Source: Arcobacteraceae bacterium (GTDB taxonomy: Bacteria > Campylobacterota > Campylobacteria > Campylobacterales > Arcobacteraceae). Taken from it: a DNA stretch of 64,000 nt. Of this stretch, positions 23,375 through 34,095 are shown piece after piece. A program made the position numbers and the translations under genes. The notes under the pieces were generated by a model. The model worked only from the letters and a program-made list of their open reading frames with translations, was not told the DNA's origin and made no database searches. Every line of letters begins with the position of its first letter. The stretch's first letter is position 1. The stretch spans positions 81,041 through 145,040 of the forward strand of contig JBLWVX010000004.1 of NCBI GenBank assembly GCA_048268245.1, read 5' to 3'.

Positions 23375-25582
23375 TTACTTAAACTCAAACTCATAATTAA
23401 ATCCACCTATGTATGTGGGATATTTCATAAAAAATGCCCCTGATTTACCATCACTATTAGTAGTACTCCAATCATCTCCTGAAGTCATATTTGTTAAATA
23501 GCCAGCATATCCACCCTCAGCTACTATATAGTCTTTATCTAAATCATATAAATTTGTATTAAATACTGGTAACATATAAGTATTTCCTGCATATGATGTA
23601 TTATTATTACCATTTCTATAATAAGACATTATACCCCAACAATACATTTGATTATAAATATCTATCCCACACATACCATTATCATCTTCAATAACTTTTA
23701 TTTTCTTCCATTTTATTTTAGCAATTGAGGCTTTAAAAAAATCATCATTTACATTTGATGCTGTAAAATAGTCACCTTTTAATTCATTTTTTGAATTTAC
23801 CCAAACCACTCCACTATTTTCTTGTAATGAGTCTGAAACTAGTTTACTTGATATATCTACATCTAAAATTTCAGCATCATTATTTGAATCATAATTAGAA
23901 TAAGTATTTATTATACTATTTATTGCTACTACATTTGGAGTATACCCCCATGTTTGAGATATTTTATAATATTGGCCATTTTCACCTAATGCGATAATAG
24001 ATTGTAACCCACCTTTAATTTTTTTAAAAGATACTGGTGAATTTACTTTTGTTGGGATACATAAATTTACTGTTACATATGAACTACCATTATAAAGACT
24101 TTGATTACATGAACTATTATAATAAGTATCTAAACCCCAAAGATATAACTCACCTTGATTTGACAAAGCTGCAGTTTTTCTATATCCAATAGTCAATGTA
24201 TATGTAATATCTTTAAAGTACTCTTTTATCCCATTATCATTTACTACTAATTCTGTTGGATTACCTTTATTTGTATATTTCCAAAAGCTATTAGAACTAT
24301 TACCTGAAAAACCTGCATAATCATCACCCCAACGAAAGAGTTCACCGTTTTTTAGATTTCCTTCACTATCTCTTGTAGCATTTGCTAAAATTAACCAAAT
24401 TTGATTATTTGCAAATATTTTATTTGCTTTTTTACCACTAGAGCCATCAAAATACTTCCCTCTATAAAGTCTTTCACCTTCATTTGAACTATCAACATTA
24501 GTATATATACTAGTTGTGTCAAGTGCTTCTTTCCCTCCACAATATATCTCACCTTTATTGCTAATCCCACATGTACCATGATATACTGTGCTAAAAAAAT
24601 CTATAAAATAAGGTCTTAAAGGAGAAGAATAGTATCTTTTGCCATCAATAAAAGAATTTTCATAATTCTTAGCTTTTAAACGAACTAATGTATTTACTAC
24701 AGGATACCTATAATAATTACTGCTATTTCTATCAGTTGAATAATAAGTGCTTTCATTTATTCCTGTAATATTATTTATATTATTTCCCCAAGTATAAATA
24801 TCACCATTTATAAGAACACCACCTGCTCTTCTTGTGAACTGAATAACAGCCTTTCCTATATCACTTTCTGCTTCTCCAACTTTTGCATAACCTATTTCTT
24901 CGCCTAAATTTACATATTCACCAACTGTTGTTGCACCTAAAGACAAAGTTTTTTGTCCTGCATGTAGTACATCTTTATTTAAGTTATTAAAAAAGTTTAT
25001 ATACGTGCTACCTCCTGGTTCACCAAGACTAATATCAACTAAAAGTTTATCTCCTGAAAGAGAAAATTTATAATTTGAACTTGAATCAAACCAATGAAGA
25101 ACACCTTGTGTGTCTAAATAATATTTATCTGATGGTGTAGAGTTTGTTGTAGTAATATCAGCTTGATATTTTATCTTATACTTTTCATCAGCATTAAGAA
25201 TAATAGTTACTTTATCATTTTCATAACTTATAGGTGCTTTTGTATATTCTCTATTTATATTTGAATAGTAATAGTCATATAGATTCGTTTTATCTTTTAT
25301 GTCAATTGGTATTTTTGTATTGATATTATGATTAGTTGTGTCAATAACTATAGAAATATTAAATAAATTATAAATATTAAACCCAGCAGGTAAATAACTG
25401 TTATTAATTAGATCTGTAAGAGAAGGAGCTTTTGCATACCTTGATATATACTCTTTATATGCTTTTGCTATTTGCTCTTCTTTTTGAACTAATCTTTTCA
25501 CTTTTTCAAAAGTAATAGTATCAATGTAAGTTGAAGCATTTAAAAAAACAATTGTAAAAAAGATTATAAATATTTTTTTCAC
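23375..25582 (-). CDS. Secreted RCC1-like beta-propeller protein with pseudopilin-like N-module (putative tip adhesin)
   Basis: Sec signal; repeats GDIYTWG, GEIYCGG, GELFRWG, GELYLWG, QMYCWG. Confidence 0.6.
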   Translation of the reverse strand: MKKIFIIFFTIVFLNASTYIDTITFEKVKRLVQKEEQIAKAYKEYISRYAKAPSLTDLINNSYLPAGFNIYNLFNISIVIDTTNHNINTKIPIDIKDKTNLYDYYYSNINREYTKAPISYENDKVTIILNADEKYKIKYQADITTTNSTPSDKYYLDTQGVLHWFDSSSNYKFSLSGDKLLVDISLGEPGGSTYINFFNNLNKDVLHAGQKTLSLGATTVGEYVNLGEEIGYAKVGEAESDIGKAVIQFTRRAGGVLINGDIYTWGNNINNITGINESTYYSTDRNSSNYYRYPVVNTLVRLKAKNYENSFIDGKRYYSSPLRPYFIDFFSTVYHGTCGISNKGEIYCGGKEALDTTSIYTNVDSSNEGERLYRGKYFDGSSGKKANKIFANNQIWLILANATRDSEGNLKNGELFRWGDDYAGFSGNSSNSFWKYTNKGNPTELVVNDNGIKEYFKDITYTLTIGYRKTAALSNQGELYLWGLDTYYNSSCNQSLYNGSSYVTVNLCIPTKVNSPVSFKKIKGGLQSIIALGENGQYYKISQTWGYTPNVVAINSIINTYSNYDSNNDAEILDVDISSKLVSDSLQENSGVVWVNSKNELKGDYFTASNVNDDFFKASIAKIKWKKIKVIEDDNGMCGIDIYNQMYCWGIMSYYRNGNNNTSYAGNTYMLPVFNTNLYDLDKDYIVAEGGYAGYLTNMTSGDDWSTTNSDGKSGAFFMKYPTYIGGFNYEFEFK

Positions 25583-26073
25583 TTTTTCATATCCCTTGGT
25601 TTAGAAATATAATCTACAAAATATAGAGTTTCATTTGTATCACTTTTTCTAATTTCACCTAAATAAGAAAGTATACCTTCTCCTGCAAGAACTCCTTTTT
25701 CGGTACTTGCTGTAAGTTGTGCAATTATAATATGTCTATCTACACACATCTCTTTAGCATCTAGATATTTTAAATTATAATCAAAAACAGACATTCTTTT
25801 AAAAATCTCACTTACTTTATCTTTAATTTCATCTTTTTTTATATAACTATCTTTTACTTCTTGGCTCTTTTGTTTTACTTTATTTACTTCTAACTTAAGT
25901 TTTGAGTATTCTATTTTTTTATTTTTTAACTCTTGAGCTAAAAACTCTTTTTCCTTTTGTGTTTGATAGTATGTAGCTGCTTTTAAAACTGTAAAACCTA
26001 TTACATAAAACACTAATAATAAAATAGAAACCTTAGAAAATTTTTTTAACTTATTTGCATTAATACTAATCAT
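25579..26073 (-). CDS. Bitopic PilO/PilN/GspM-like alignment protein
   Basis: Single N-terminal TM, coiled coil, small alpha/beta domain; operon context. Confidence 0.5.
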   Translation of the reverse strand: MISINANKLKKFSKVSILLLVFYVIGFTVLKAATYYQTQKEKEFLAQELKNKKIEYSKLKLEVNKVKQKSQEVKDSYIKKDEIKDKVSEIFKRMSVFDYNLKYLDAKEMCVDRHIIIAQLTASTEKGVLAGEGILSYLGEIRKSDTNETLYFVDYISKPRDMKK

Positions 26074-26819
26074 TTTACAGCTCCATTACTAATACATTGA
26101 GTAAGCTCTTTATGTTTTCTTCTTGCTGTACGAAGCAATATTTTTTCACGAACAACTAATCTTTTTTGTATTCTTATTTCATTTTTAATTTTCTTTAAAG
26201 AACTTGTTTCAATATATTTTTTCTCAATACTAGGTAATATATAAAAGATAATTACAGCAATCATAGATATAAGTCCTATAATATATGCACTTTTCAAACT
26301 ATATGTGTTTATTGTATCTAAAGGATTTAATTTTTCAACAAGAGTATTCACATCACCTAAACTCTCTGCAATTACTTCACCCTTTTCATTTTTAGTATTT
26401 TGTTTTAAAATATTCTCAATAGCTGCATTATATTTAGTATTTGTCACATAATAAATATGTTCAATTTCCCCACCACTTGAAAGCATTGCAATATGCTTTG
26501 TAATTAAAACTGACTTCATAATATCATCAGAAATAAAGTTTGGATTTACCTTTGCAGTATAAACAGTTTTATGATTAAATAAAATATAATACTCTTCATC
26601 TGCAATATGAACCAATAATTGATTATTATCTAAATGCTTTTTTGACAGTAAATTTAATGAATAAACTTCATCATGAATATCATATTTTGATAAAATAACG
26701 CTATGTTTTTTTAAAGAGTCATATGTAAACATCGTTTGATTATCACCAAACTCATCATTTACATATAAGTCATAGTTCTCTTCTTTTAAAGAAAAGTCAG
26801 TTATTACTAATCGAACCAT
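26070..26819 (-). CDS. GspL/PilM-like bitopic protein
   Basis: ~175-aa cytoplasmic domain, TM, coiled coil; directly after the ATPase. Confidence 0.45.
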   Translation of the reverse strand: MVRLVITDFSLKEENYDLYVNDEFGDNQTMFTYDSLKKHSVILSKYDIHDEVYSLNLLSKKHLDNNQLLVHIADEEYYILFNHKTVYTAKVNPNFISDDIMKSVLITKHIAMLSSGGEIEHIYYVTNTKYNAAIENILKQNTKNEKGEVIAESLGDVNTLVEKLNPLDTINTYSLKSAYIIGLISMIAVIIFYILPSIEKKYIETSSLKKIKNEIRIQKRLVVREKILLRTARRKHKELTQCISNGAVK

Positions 26820-28528
26820 AACTCTTCCCCTTTTATAATAGCATTCGCATCTTCTTTTGTAATAAGCCCTTCATGGTATTGAGCCATACAAGCTTTTTCA
26901 ACCGTCATATATTCAGCAGCATCCTCAAAATTTCCACCTTCACCTAGTTTAAATCTTACAACCTCAGCAATTGGAACCCTGTCTTTAAATCCTGTTTTAT
27001 TACACTCATCACAACCAACATTTGTAAATCCACCTTCACCATCAGGCTCTTTACAATACTCACATAACTTTCTAACTAATCTTTGAGATACAATACCTCT
27101 TAAGTTATCAGTAATATCCCCTTCATTAATACCAAGTGAATTTATCATTCTTGACACAGTTGCTGGAGCTGAGTTTGTATGCATAGTAGAGAATACTAAC
27201 TGTCCTAAGTTTGAAGCATTTACTAACTGGTATGCTGTTTCTGGTTCTCTTGTTTCACCAATAAGAATAATATTTGAATCCTGTCTTAAAATATCTACAA
27301 CAGCTTCAGGATAACCATACTTAAACTCTTCACTAGCACTTGCATACTCAGATAAGTCAATTTGGAAGAAAGAGTCATCAACATACTCAACAGGATCTTC
27401 AATAGTTACAATATATTGTTGTTGACGTGCTAATTTTTGTAAAAGAGCATACATCAAGTGTGTTTTACCAGAACCAACCTGCCCCGTGATTAGAATCATA
27501 CCATTTGCATATTTTGTAAGGTTATGTAAAATATCTACTGTTTCTTGAGGGTAATTAAGTCCTCTTAAATCATGAGATACAACACCTTTACCACCAATCA
27601 TTCTCATTACTAGTGAAAAGTTCATTTTTGAGTTTATAAGACCTAATCTAAATTTTATAGATTTTTTTCCATATTCATAGTTTATCATACCATTAATAGA
27701 TTCATAATCTGAATCCTCTTGATCAGCCATAGTTACAAGTCTTCTTTTAAGTGTTTTTGCAAGAGTAATTGGCATAGTACCCATATCTTGTTTCACCCCA
27801 TCAATTCTAAACCATAGTGAAGCCGCTCTAGTACTTTTTTGAATATGAATATCAGAAGCTCCTAATAAAATAGCTTGCCCCATCATCTTTTCAAAGTATT
27901 TATTAATCTCATTATCATCTTCTACATCATCTTGAGATGTAAATACAATCTCTCTATCTTCCCCAAAAACAGAAGATAAAACCCCTTCTCCTAAAATAAC
28001 AATCTTTGTAAAATAAAACTTACTTAAAATATCAAAATCAAGATTTACAATATCCCTAATTCCTAATACTTTATTTTTACTATTTTTATCTTCTAATGTA
28101 ATAATATACATACTAGTACAAAGTTCTAATTTTTCTTCATTTAATAAATAAGAAGTATCTTGATATTTTACAGATAACTGTGAATATGAAGGATAATATT
28201 CATAACCTAAACTTTTTACAAACACAGAGTATTTTGACTCATCAGCAATTAAATCGCCATAACCTCCAATAAGTTTATACTTAGTTTTGATCATATTCTC
28301 AATAACTTCTGCTAAGTTTTTATCATCTTTATTTTTTTGTTTAAAAGCATTATTTAGTTTATTTTTTTGCTTTTCTAAAACTTTTTTTATATCAAATTTC
28401 TTTTTTTTCTGATCTTTTGGAAGTAAGCTCTCACTTATTTTTTGGTCTTTACTTAAAAATAAAGGTAGATTCTTTCGTACACTACTTTTTATTGTTCGCT
28501 TCCAAGCTTTTTTTAGAATATCTTTCAT
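26807..28528 (-). CDS. PilB/GspE-family assembly ATPase
   Basis: ASDIHI, RIDG, Walker A GQVGSGKT, TIEDPVE, LRQD..IILIGETR, STMHTN, QRLVRKLCEYC...CDEC. Confidence 0.95.
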   Translation of the reverse strand: MKDILKKAWKRTIKSSVRKNLPLFLSKDQKISESLLPKDQKKKKFDIKKVLEKQKNKLNNAFKQKNKDDKNLAEVIENMIKTKYKLIGGYGDLIADESKYSVFVKSLGYEYYPSYSQLSVKYQDTSYLLNEEKLELCTSMYIITLEDKNSKNKVLGIRDIVNLDFDILSKFYFTKIVILGEGVLSSVFGEDREIVFTSQDDVEDDNEINKYFEKMMGQAILLGASDIHIQKSTRAASLWFRIDGVKQDMGTMPITLAKTLKRRLVTMADQEDSDYESINGMINYEYGKKSIKFRLGLINSKMNFSLVMRMIGGKGVVSHDLRGLNYPQETVDILHNLTKYANGMILITGQVGSGKTHLMYALLQKLARQQQYIVTIEDPVEYVDDSFFQIDLSEYASASEEFKYGYPEAVVDILRQDSNIILIGETREPETAYQLVNASNLGQLVFSTMHTNSAPATVSRMINSLGINEGDITDNLRGIVSQRLVRKLCEYCKEPDGEGGFTNVGCDECNKTGFKDRVPIAEVVRFKLGEGGNFEDAAEYMTVEKACMAQYHEGLITKEDANAIIKGEELWFD

Positions 28529-28537
28529 TTTTGTCTC

Positions 28538-29554
28538 TTATTGATATAAAGTTTTAAATGTAAACGTACTAATTACAAGATTTATAATATCAGAACCAAT
28601 TATAACTGTAATCAACATTGCAATTAACCAAAAGAAAAATTTCCATTGTAAAACTATATAGTTAATATTTTTTTCATACATAGTATCACTAGTCTGGTAT
28701 AAAGCTTTTGTAACTTCTGAATAACTCGTTTGACTTAATTCTGATAGTTTAATATCCGCTGTAATAATTGGAGGATAATTGTACTTTTCAAAAACCGTAT
28801 ATAGTTTTTTATTTTTATGAATTACATCTGCTAACTCTTTAAAAAATGGTCTAAGCCCTACTTTAAAATAATCCTTTGATAAAATTAGGGATGTCTTATG
28901 AAAAGAGATACCCGCACTTAACATACCATTTAAAATTCTAAACATAAATCTTCCATCTGAGAAAGCTTGTGTTTTAAAAACTCTATATAACCATGCTGGT
29001 CTATATTTCTCAGTATAAATATAACCAAAAAAAATAGCCGCTGTAATCAATATGGAAATTACTAATCCTATATATGCAAACTCATAAGTAAAATAGTTTG
29101 GGATTCCTAAAAACTGTTCCACATCTGCATTTAATTTTTTTAATTGACTTAAGTCTTTTTGCAAAATATCCAAATAAAGTAACATCCCATAAAAAGTTCC
29201 TATGATAATAATCATTGGAAATAAAATAGGATTTATCATCTTTGATAAAAGGTTTGAATTTGCTTTTTCAAAGGATAATACTAATTTTAAACCATCTATA
29301 GAGTTTGTACTATTTACTACCAAACTATATTGAAAAGAGTTTAAAAACTTATTTTTATATAGTATAGCTTCAATTTTGTGTTTACCCACTTCTAAATCCC
29401 TAATTGCAGCTTCTAATCTTTTTTTAAAATTTGTTTCTCTTGTTATTTGCTCTTTATATAAAACTAAAGCTTTTCTAGTATTTGAACCATTTTCAAGCTT
29501 TGTTACTAAATAGTCAAGCAAAAACTGCTCATAAGGATCTTTAAATAAACTCAT
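28538..29554 (-). CDS. PilC/GspF-like inner-membrane platform protein
   Basis: Three TM segments, two cytoplasmic domains, ML.AGIS motif; next to the ATPase. Confidence 0.75.
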   Translation of the reverse strand: MSLFKDPYEQFLLDYLVTKLENGSNTRKALVLYKEQITRETNFKKRLEAAIRDLEVGKHKIEAILYKNKFLNSFQYSLVVNSTNSIDGLKLVLSFEKANSNLLSKMINPILFPMIIIIGTFYGMLLYLDILQKDLSQLKKLNADVEQFLGIPNYFTYEFAYIGLVISILITAAIFFGYIYTEKYRPAWLYRVFKTQAFSDGRFMFRILNGMLSAGISFHKTSLILSKDYFKVGLRPFFKELADVIHKNKKLYTVFEKYNYPPIITADIKLSELSQTSYSEVTKALYQTSDTMYEKNINYIVLQWKFFFWLIAMLITVIIGSDIINLVISTFTFKTLYQ

Positions 29555-29556
29555 TA

Positions 29557-31215
29557 CTAAAAGCCTTTTATATCTCTTACTGTAACTACATAAACAATTT
29601 CTCTTCTTACATAAGATTTTGAATCAGTTCCACCAATAGCAAAACCTTCTAAAGGTAATACTCCTTGATACTCTTTTGCATCATCATGAACAATAATTGA
29701 GCCTACAATAGCAGTTTCACCTAAAGCTATTTGTCTTGAGATATTATAACTTTGATCTTTATATTGTGGAAGTTTTATATTAGTTCCCTCTACTGTAACA
29801 TCTTCAAAATTAATCAGTTTTTTAATACTAGGACTTATATTTAAAAAGATTTTATCCCTTGATACTTTTGCCATAGCAGTAATTGAAGTACCATCTTTTA
29901 AAGTATTAATAGTAATATCAGTAGTTGTTGAGTTTGTATCTTCATCCTTAGTTGTTTCAATTTTTTCTATATAGTCTGTATTTTGACTAATTGATTGAAC
30001 TGAAGGAATATTGTTTTTTAAGACAATTACATTTTTACTATAGTTTAAAATTTTTCCAATATTATTGTTTGCTTTTGCTGTGATTTTTAAAAGTCTTGTT
30101 GCATTATTACTTTCAAAAGCTATTTCACCTTTATCTTTTATAGATTTTAAAATACCTGTATCTGTATTTGTTTGTCTATCTGAACTAATAGTTCCTATTC
30201 CATACTCTCTTTCTTTATTTAATACAAGTTCAATTCTTTCAAATTCAATAGTTGTTTCTTTTGCAAAACTATCTTCATATGCTTTTACTATTGTTCTTAC
30301 AGCATTTTCAACGCTTTTTGTAGATTTTAAAAATATTAACCCACTTGCTTTATCAATATGATAAGTTGATACATCATCACTAGCAATGATATTTTTAAGC
30401 ATACTATCTAACTCATCATATAAAACTATTTGTGAACTATTTTGTACTGTACTTTCTGCACTTGTTTCTTGAGTTGCTGTTTGACTACTTGATTTTAAAT
30501 CAAGTACAGGAATATTTAACTCAATTACTAAATCTTTATATCTTTTTATATAAATAGTTTCTTTATCATAATCAACATCAACATAAACATTCTTCGAATG
30601 TGCTATTGAGTTTAAAGCATCCATTAAATTTCTAGTTTTAACAGATATTATACTATCTTGAAAACCATTAATATCTTTTATATATGAACCAATTGATACC
30701 TCATATCCAGATTCTGAAGTAATTAGTTTTATTAACTCTTCAACAGATATTTCACCATCTAGTTTAAAAGACAATCTATTTATATTTTGTTTTTTAGATT
30801 CACTTTTACTTAAAAGTTTAACTAAATATATAGAGCCACTTTTTTTAATAAAAAGCTCTTTATCTAAAACAGCATTTAAATACTGATTTAATTCAGTCAT
30901 ATTATGAATTTTTATTCTACTTTTAGGGATTAAGGTATCACTACTTTTTAGAAAGTAAAAGTTTCCATCAATTAATTCTAACTCTTTTAAAACATCAGAA
31001 AGAGATTTGTCATTTAATACACTAATAAACTCTTTTTTAGCTCTTTTTTCATTTACAAGTGTTTTAGAATAAGACTCTTTTATATTTCCATAGCTTTTTT
31101 TATTTACACCTTTTTTTACATCACTCATCATATCATTATGAAAGTTTTTCATACCACAAGCTGTAAATACAAACGGTATAAATAATAAAATAGAATATTT
31201 AAGTACTTTAATCAT
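29557..31215 (-). CDS. Lipoprotein secretin (MshL/BfpB-like)
   Basis: Lipobox FTAC; N3-like IDKASGLI; secretin core LPQ...GETAIVG...REIVYVVT. Confidence 0.8.
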   Translation of the reverse strand: MIKVLKYSILLFIPFVFTACGMKNFHNDMMSDVKKGVNKKSYGNIKESYSKTLVNEKRAKKEFISVLNDKSLSDVLKELELIDGNFYFLKSSDTLIPKSRIKIHNMTELNQYLNAVLDKELFIKKSGSIYLVKLLSKSESKKQNINRLSFKLDGEISVEELIKLITSESGYEVSIGSYIKDINGFQDSIISVKTRNLMDALNSIAHSKNVYVDVDYDKETIYIKRYKDLVIELNIPVLDLKSSSQTATQETSAESTVQNSSQIVLYDELDSMLKNIIASDDVSTYHIDKASGLIFLKSTKSVENAVRTIVKAYEDSFAKETTIEFERIELVLNKEREYGIGTISSDRQTNTDTGILKSIKDKGEIAFESNNATRLLKITAKANNNIGKILNYSKNVIVLKNNIPSVQSISQNTDYIEKIETTKDEDTNSTTTDITINTLKDGTSITAMAKVSRDKIFLNISPSIKKLINFEDVTVEGTNIKLPQYKDQSYNISRQIALGETAIVGSIIVHDDAKEYQGVLPLEGFAIGGTDSKSYVRREIVYVVTVRDIKGF

Positions 31216-31223
31216 TTTTTTCC

Positions 31224-34094
31224 TTATTTAAAATAAAACTCATAGTCAAAACCACCTAGATATGTAGGAAATTTTAAAAATGGTTTATTTACATTTTCAA
31301 ACTCATCGTATGTCATACTACTATTTAATTCACTATTTTGTGTAATAAATAATTTATTGATACTACTTATTTTACCAACATCATACAAAGAAGTACTTAA
31401 AAGAGGCAATGCTCTTCCTGAATTTCCCCAGCAATACATCTTCGATGCACTTCCTAAACCTGTCATAGCACAGACAAAATATCTTTGTGAGTCTTTTACT
31501 TCAATTTTTATGTTATCAATTCCAAAAGATTCATTTGAGACATCTTCTCCTAATAAAGCACCAAACCCTAATCTTAAATTACCCCTTGAATTAAGTCTTG
31601 CTTCGAGTTCATAATAGTGTGCTTCATCTAAAGCACTAGATGAGCCTGAAACTGTTATAGCATAACCATGTCTAGCATCTTTATCTTCTCCAGAACCATC
31701 AACTTTATATGTATCTTGTATTACTTTATTATTGTTAACATATACAGTTAAAGCTTCTGTTATTCCTCCATCATCACTGTAATCACCTGCATCCCATGAA
31801 TCTATTTCATACATTACAAAAGATATTTTAACATCTTTATTTGCATTATTACTACCAAAATTATATGTTTTATAAACTTGTTGTGAACCATCAGAAGAAA
31901 AAGTGCTCCAACCTAAATATCTTCCTTTACCAAATCTTCCTAAAAATTTTGTAGCTTCATTGCCATCATGTACTAAATTTGTGTTCCATCCACTTGCTCC
32001 ATCTTCAAAATCTTCAAAAGATACAGCAGATATATTATTTGTTTTAAAGATGGATACATTTGAAAACTCACCCTCTTCATCTTCAGCTTTATTAAACTTA
32101 TCAATCATACTTTTAAATAAGTCTCTATTAGTTTGTCGTCCACAATACTGATCTGCTTTAAATCTACATGTTAAAAGTTTATCATCCCTACTAGAACCTA
32201 TGTTTTTAGCATAAATTTTTCTGTCTTCATCTACATATATATAGTTTCGCTCCATTACTCCAGTTGAATGATTTGGAATAAGCATAGTTGATACACTTAA
32301 TGCACTTGTAGGTACATATGAAGTAGAAATGCTTTGAGTTGAAATACCATTTTCTATATTTTCAAATCTATAAAAGATCTTATTATCACTTCTTAAAATT
32401 AAAGTATCACTATTTACAAAAACACGACTTGGATCAAACCTTCTATCACTGTTATCTTTGGTAGGCTTTAAAAGTATTGTTCCATCAGACTTTTCTCCCC
32501 AAACCCAAAGTCTATTATCTTCATCTAATGCAGCAAAAGTTTTTGTATCTCTTAAGGCATACAAGTATTTAAATACTTGTCCACTTGTATTTACCTTTGT
32601 TGGAGTATTATTAATATATGTTTCATCACTATTATTGATTCCTAAAACACCTTTGTCATTTATGCCAAAAGTATATATATCTCCTGCTTGGGATAAAACT
32701 GCTATTGCATTATCAACCATAACTAAATCAATTAAATAAATTTCATTTTCATCATTATCTTTTTTATCACTTTTTCCAGTTGCAAAAAATCTATTTCTTT
32801 TAAGTATTGAAGTAGTTACTTCTTTAAGGTTTTGAGTTGTATCAATATCTTCAAAATGTAAAGAGTTAACTCTTCCATTACAGTATAAATCTCCTCCAAA
32901 TTTTACGTAAGGTCCTAGTTCCATATCACTTTCTGATTCTACGTCAGTTCCTGATTGAAAATAGTCAAATATAGGCGATATCCCACACACATTTTTACTG
33001 TTTAATGCCATTTTTTCAAACTTTACTCTATATGGATTGTTATACCATCTTTTATCTCTTCTAGTATATGATCTACCTGTATCATCCGTAATAGATACTT
33101 CGTTATCTATCTGAACTTTTAACATCACAGGGGTATTTATAAAATCAGGTGAAAAGTTTGGATTTAATTGACCATGTGTTTCAATACCTGCTTTTTTGTT
33201 GTGGTTACTTCCCCAGCAAAAAATGTCTCCATTTGCTAGCATACAACCACCATCATTTCTTAAAACTAAATCCTTAGCATTTGGAATATATGAAATAATT
33301 CTGTCTTCTACATCAGCTTCTTCATCTTGACTATTTAAAATACTTCCTGATTCAACAGGTATCCAACTTGTACCACTTGTATCACCTTGATAGTAATATT
33401 CATACCAGTTATTATTTTTTTGACCAAAAACTCTATCTCCAACCTTAGCTTTTATATATTGTAAATCATCTAAATTTTCTAAAACTATTGGAGGTCTTTG
33501 ATAAACTTCAATTGAAGTCTGGTCAGCTTTACAAAATTTATATATTAATTTTTCTCCTTTTAATTCATAATAATAATTTTGTTTGGGACAAGCTTTCGTA
33601 TCTAAAGATATAAGTTCATTTTCATTTTTTAATTTAACTATCTCTTTTACTACTTTATTATATTTTATCTGTGAGCCTTTTAGAAGCTCTACTTGTGTTG
33701 TGTCTTTTGGAGGGGCAGTATTAACTCTGAAAAGTGCTGATTGATAGAAGTTATATAAAAACATATCTTTAGTATTATAATCATCTTCTTTTTCAATTGC
33801 TCCTAAAATAAAAAGGTTATTGTTAGCATCAAATCTTGTAACTAAAGTATTTAAAGTAAAATCATTTTTATTATTAAAAGTATTTAAGTAATCTATATCA
33901 TTTAAAAGAGTCCAATTTAAAGTACCAGTTGTTGTTTTGGGTATTTTTCCTGTTTGTTGTATATATTTATTTACAGCAAGAGCAATAAACTCTTCTTTTT
34001 TTATAACTTTTTTTATTGCATTCATGTCAGTTTTATTTTCAAAACTTGAATAAAGTGATGTAATAAAAATCAATATAAAAAATAAAGCTTTCAT
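31224..34094 (-). CDS. Large secreted RCC1-like propeller protein with pseudopilin-like N-module and lectin-like insert
   Basis: Sec signal; GDIFCWG, GDLYCNG, GDIYTFG, LWVWG, MYCWG; insert FEDFE..IDSWD..ESFGIDNI. Confidence 0.6.
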   Translation of the reverse strand: MKALFFILIFITSLYSSFENKTDMNAIKKVIKKEEFIALAVNKYIQQTGKIPKTTTGTLNWTLLNDIDYLNTFNNKNDFTLNTLVTRFDANNNLFILGAIEKEDDYNTKDMFLYNFYQSALFRVNTAPPKDTTQVELLKGSQIKYNKVVKEIVKLKNENELISLDTKACPKQNYYYELKGEKLIYKFCKADQTSIEVYQRPPIVLENLDDLQYIKAKVGDRVFGQKNNNWYEYYYQGDTSGTSWIPVESGSILNSQDEEADVEDRIISYIPNAKDLVLRNDGGCMLANGDIFCWGSNHNKKAGIETHGQLNPNFSPDFINTPVMLKVQIDNEVSITDDTGRSYTRRDKRWYNNPYRVKFEKMALNSKNVCGISPIFDYFQSGTDVESESDMELGPYVKFGGDLYCNGRVNSLHFEDIDTTQNLKEVTTSILKRNRFFATGKSDKKDNDENEIYLIDLVMVDNAIAVLSQAGDIYTFGINDKGVLGINNSDETYINNTPTKVNTSGQVFKYLYALRDTKTFAALDEDNRLWVWGEKSDGTILLKPTKDNSDRRFDPSRVFVNSDTLILRSDNKIFYRFENIENGISTQSISTSYVPTSALSVSTMLIPNHSTGVMERNYIYVDEDRKIYAKNIGSSRDDKLLTCRFKADQYCGRQTNRDLFKSMIDKFNKAEDEEGEFSNVSIFKTNNISAVSFEDFEDGASGWNTNLVHDGNEATKFLGRFGKGRYLGWSTFSSDGSQQVYKTYNFGSNNANKDVKISFVMYEIDSWDAGDYSDDGGITEALTVYVNNNKVIQDTYKVDGSGEDKDARHGYAITVSGSSSALDEAHYYELEARLNSRGNLRLGFGALLGEDVSNESFGIDNIKIEVKDSQRYFVCAMTGLGSASKMYCWGNSGRALPLLSTSLYDVGKISSINKLFITQNSELNSSMTYDEFENVNKPFLKFPTYLGGFDYEFYFK

Positions 34095-34095
34095 T

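Noticed and set aside
23356..23406. Longer start of the SH3 protein
   Set aside because: It overlaps the upstream gene; the signal peptide and RBS indicate 23355.
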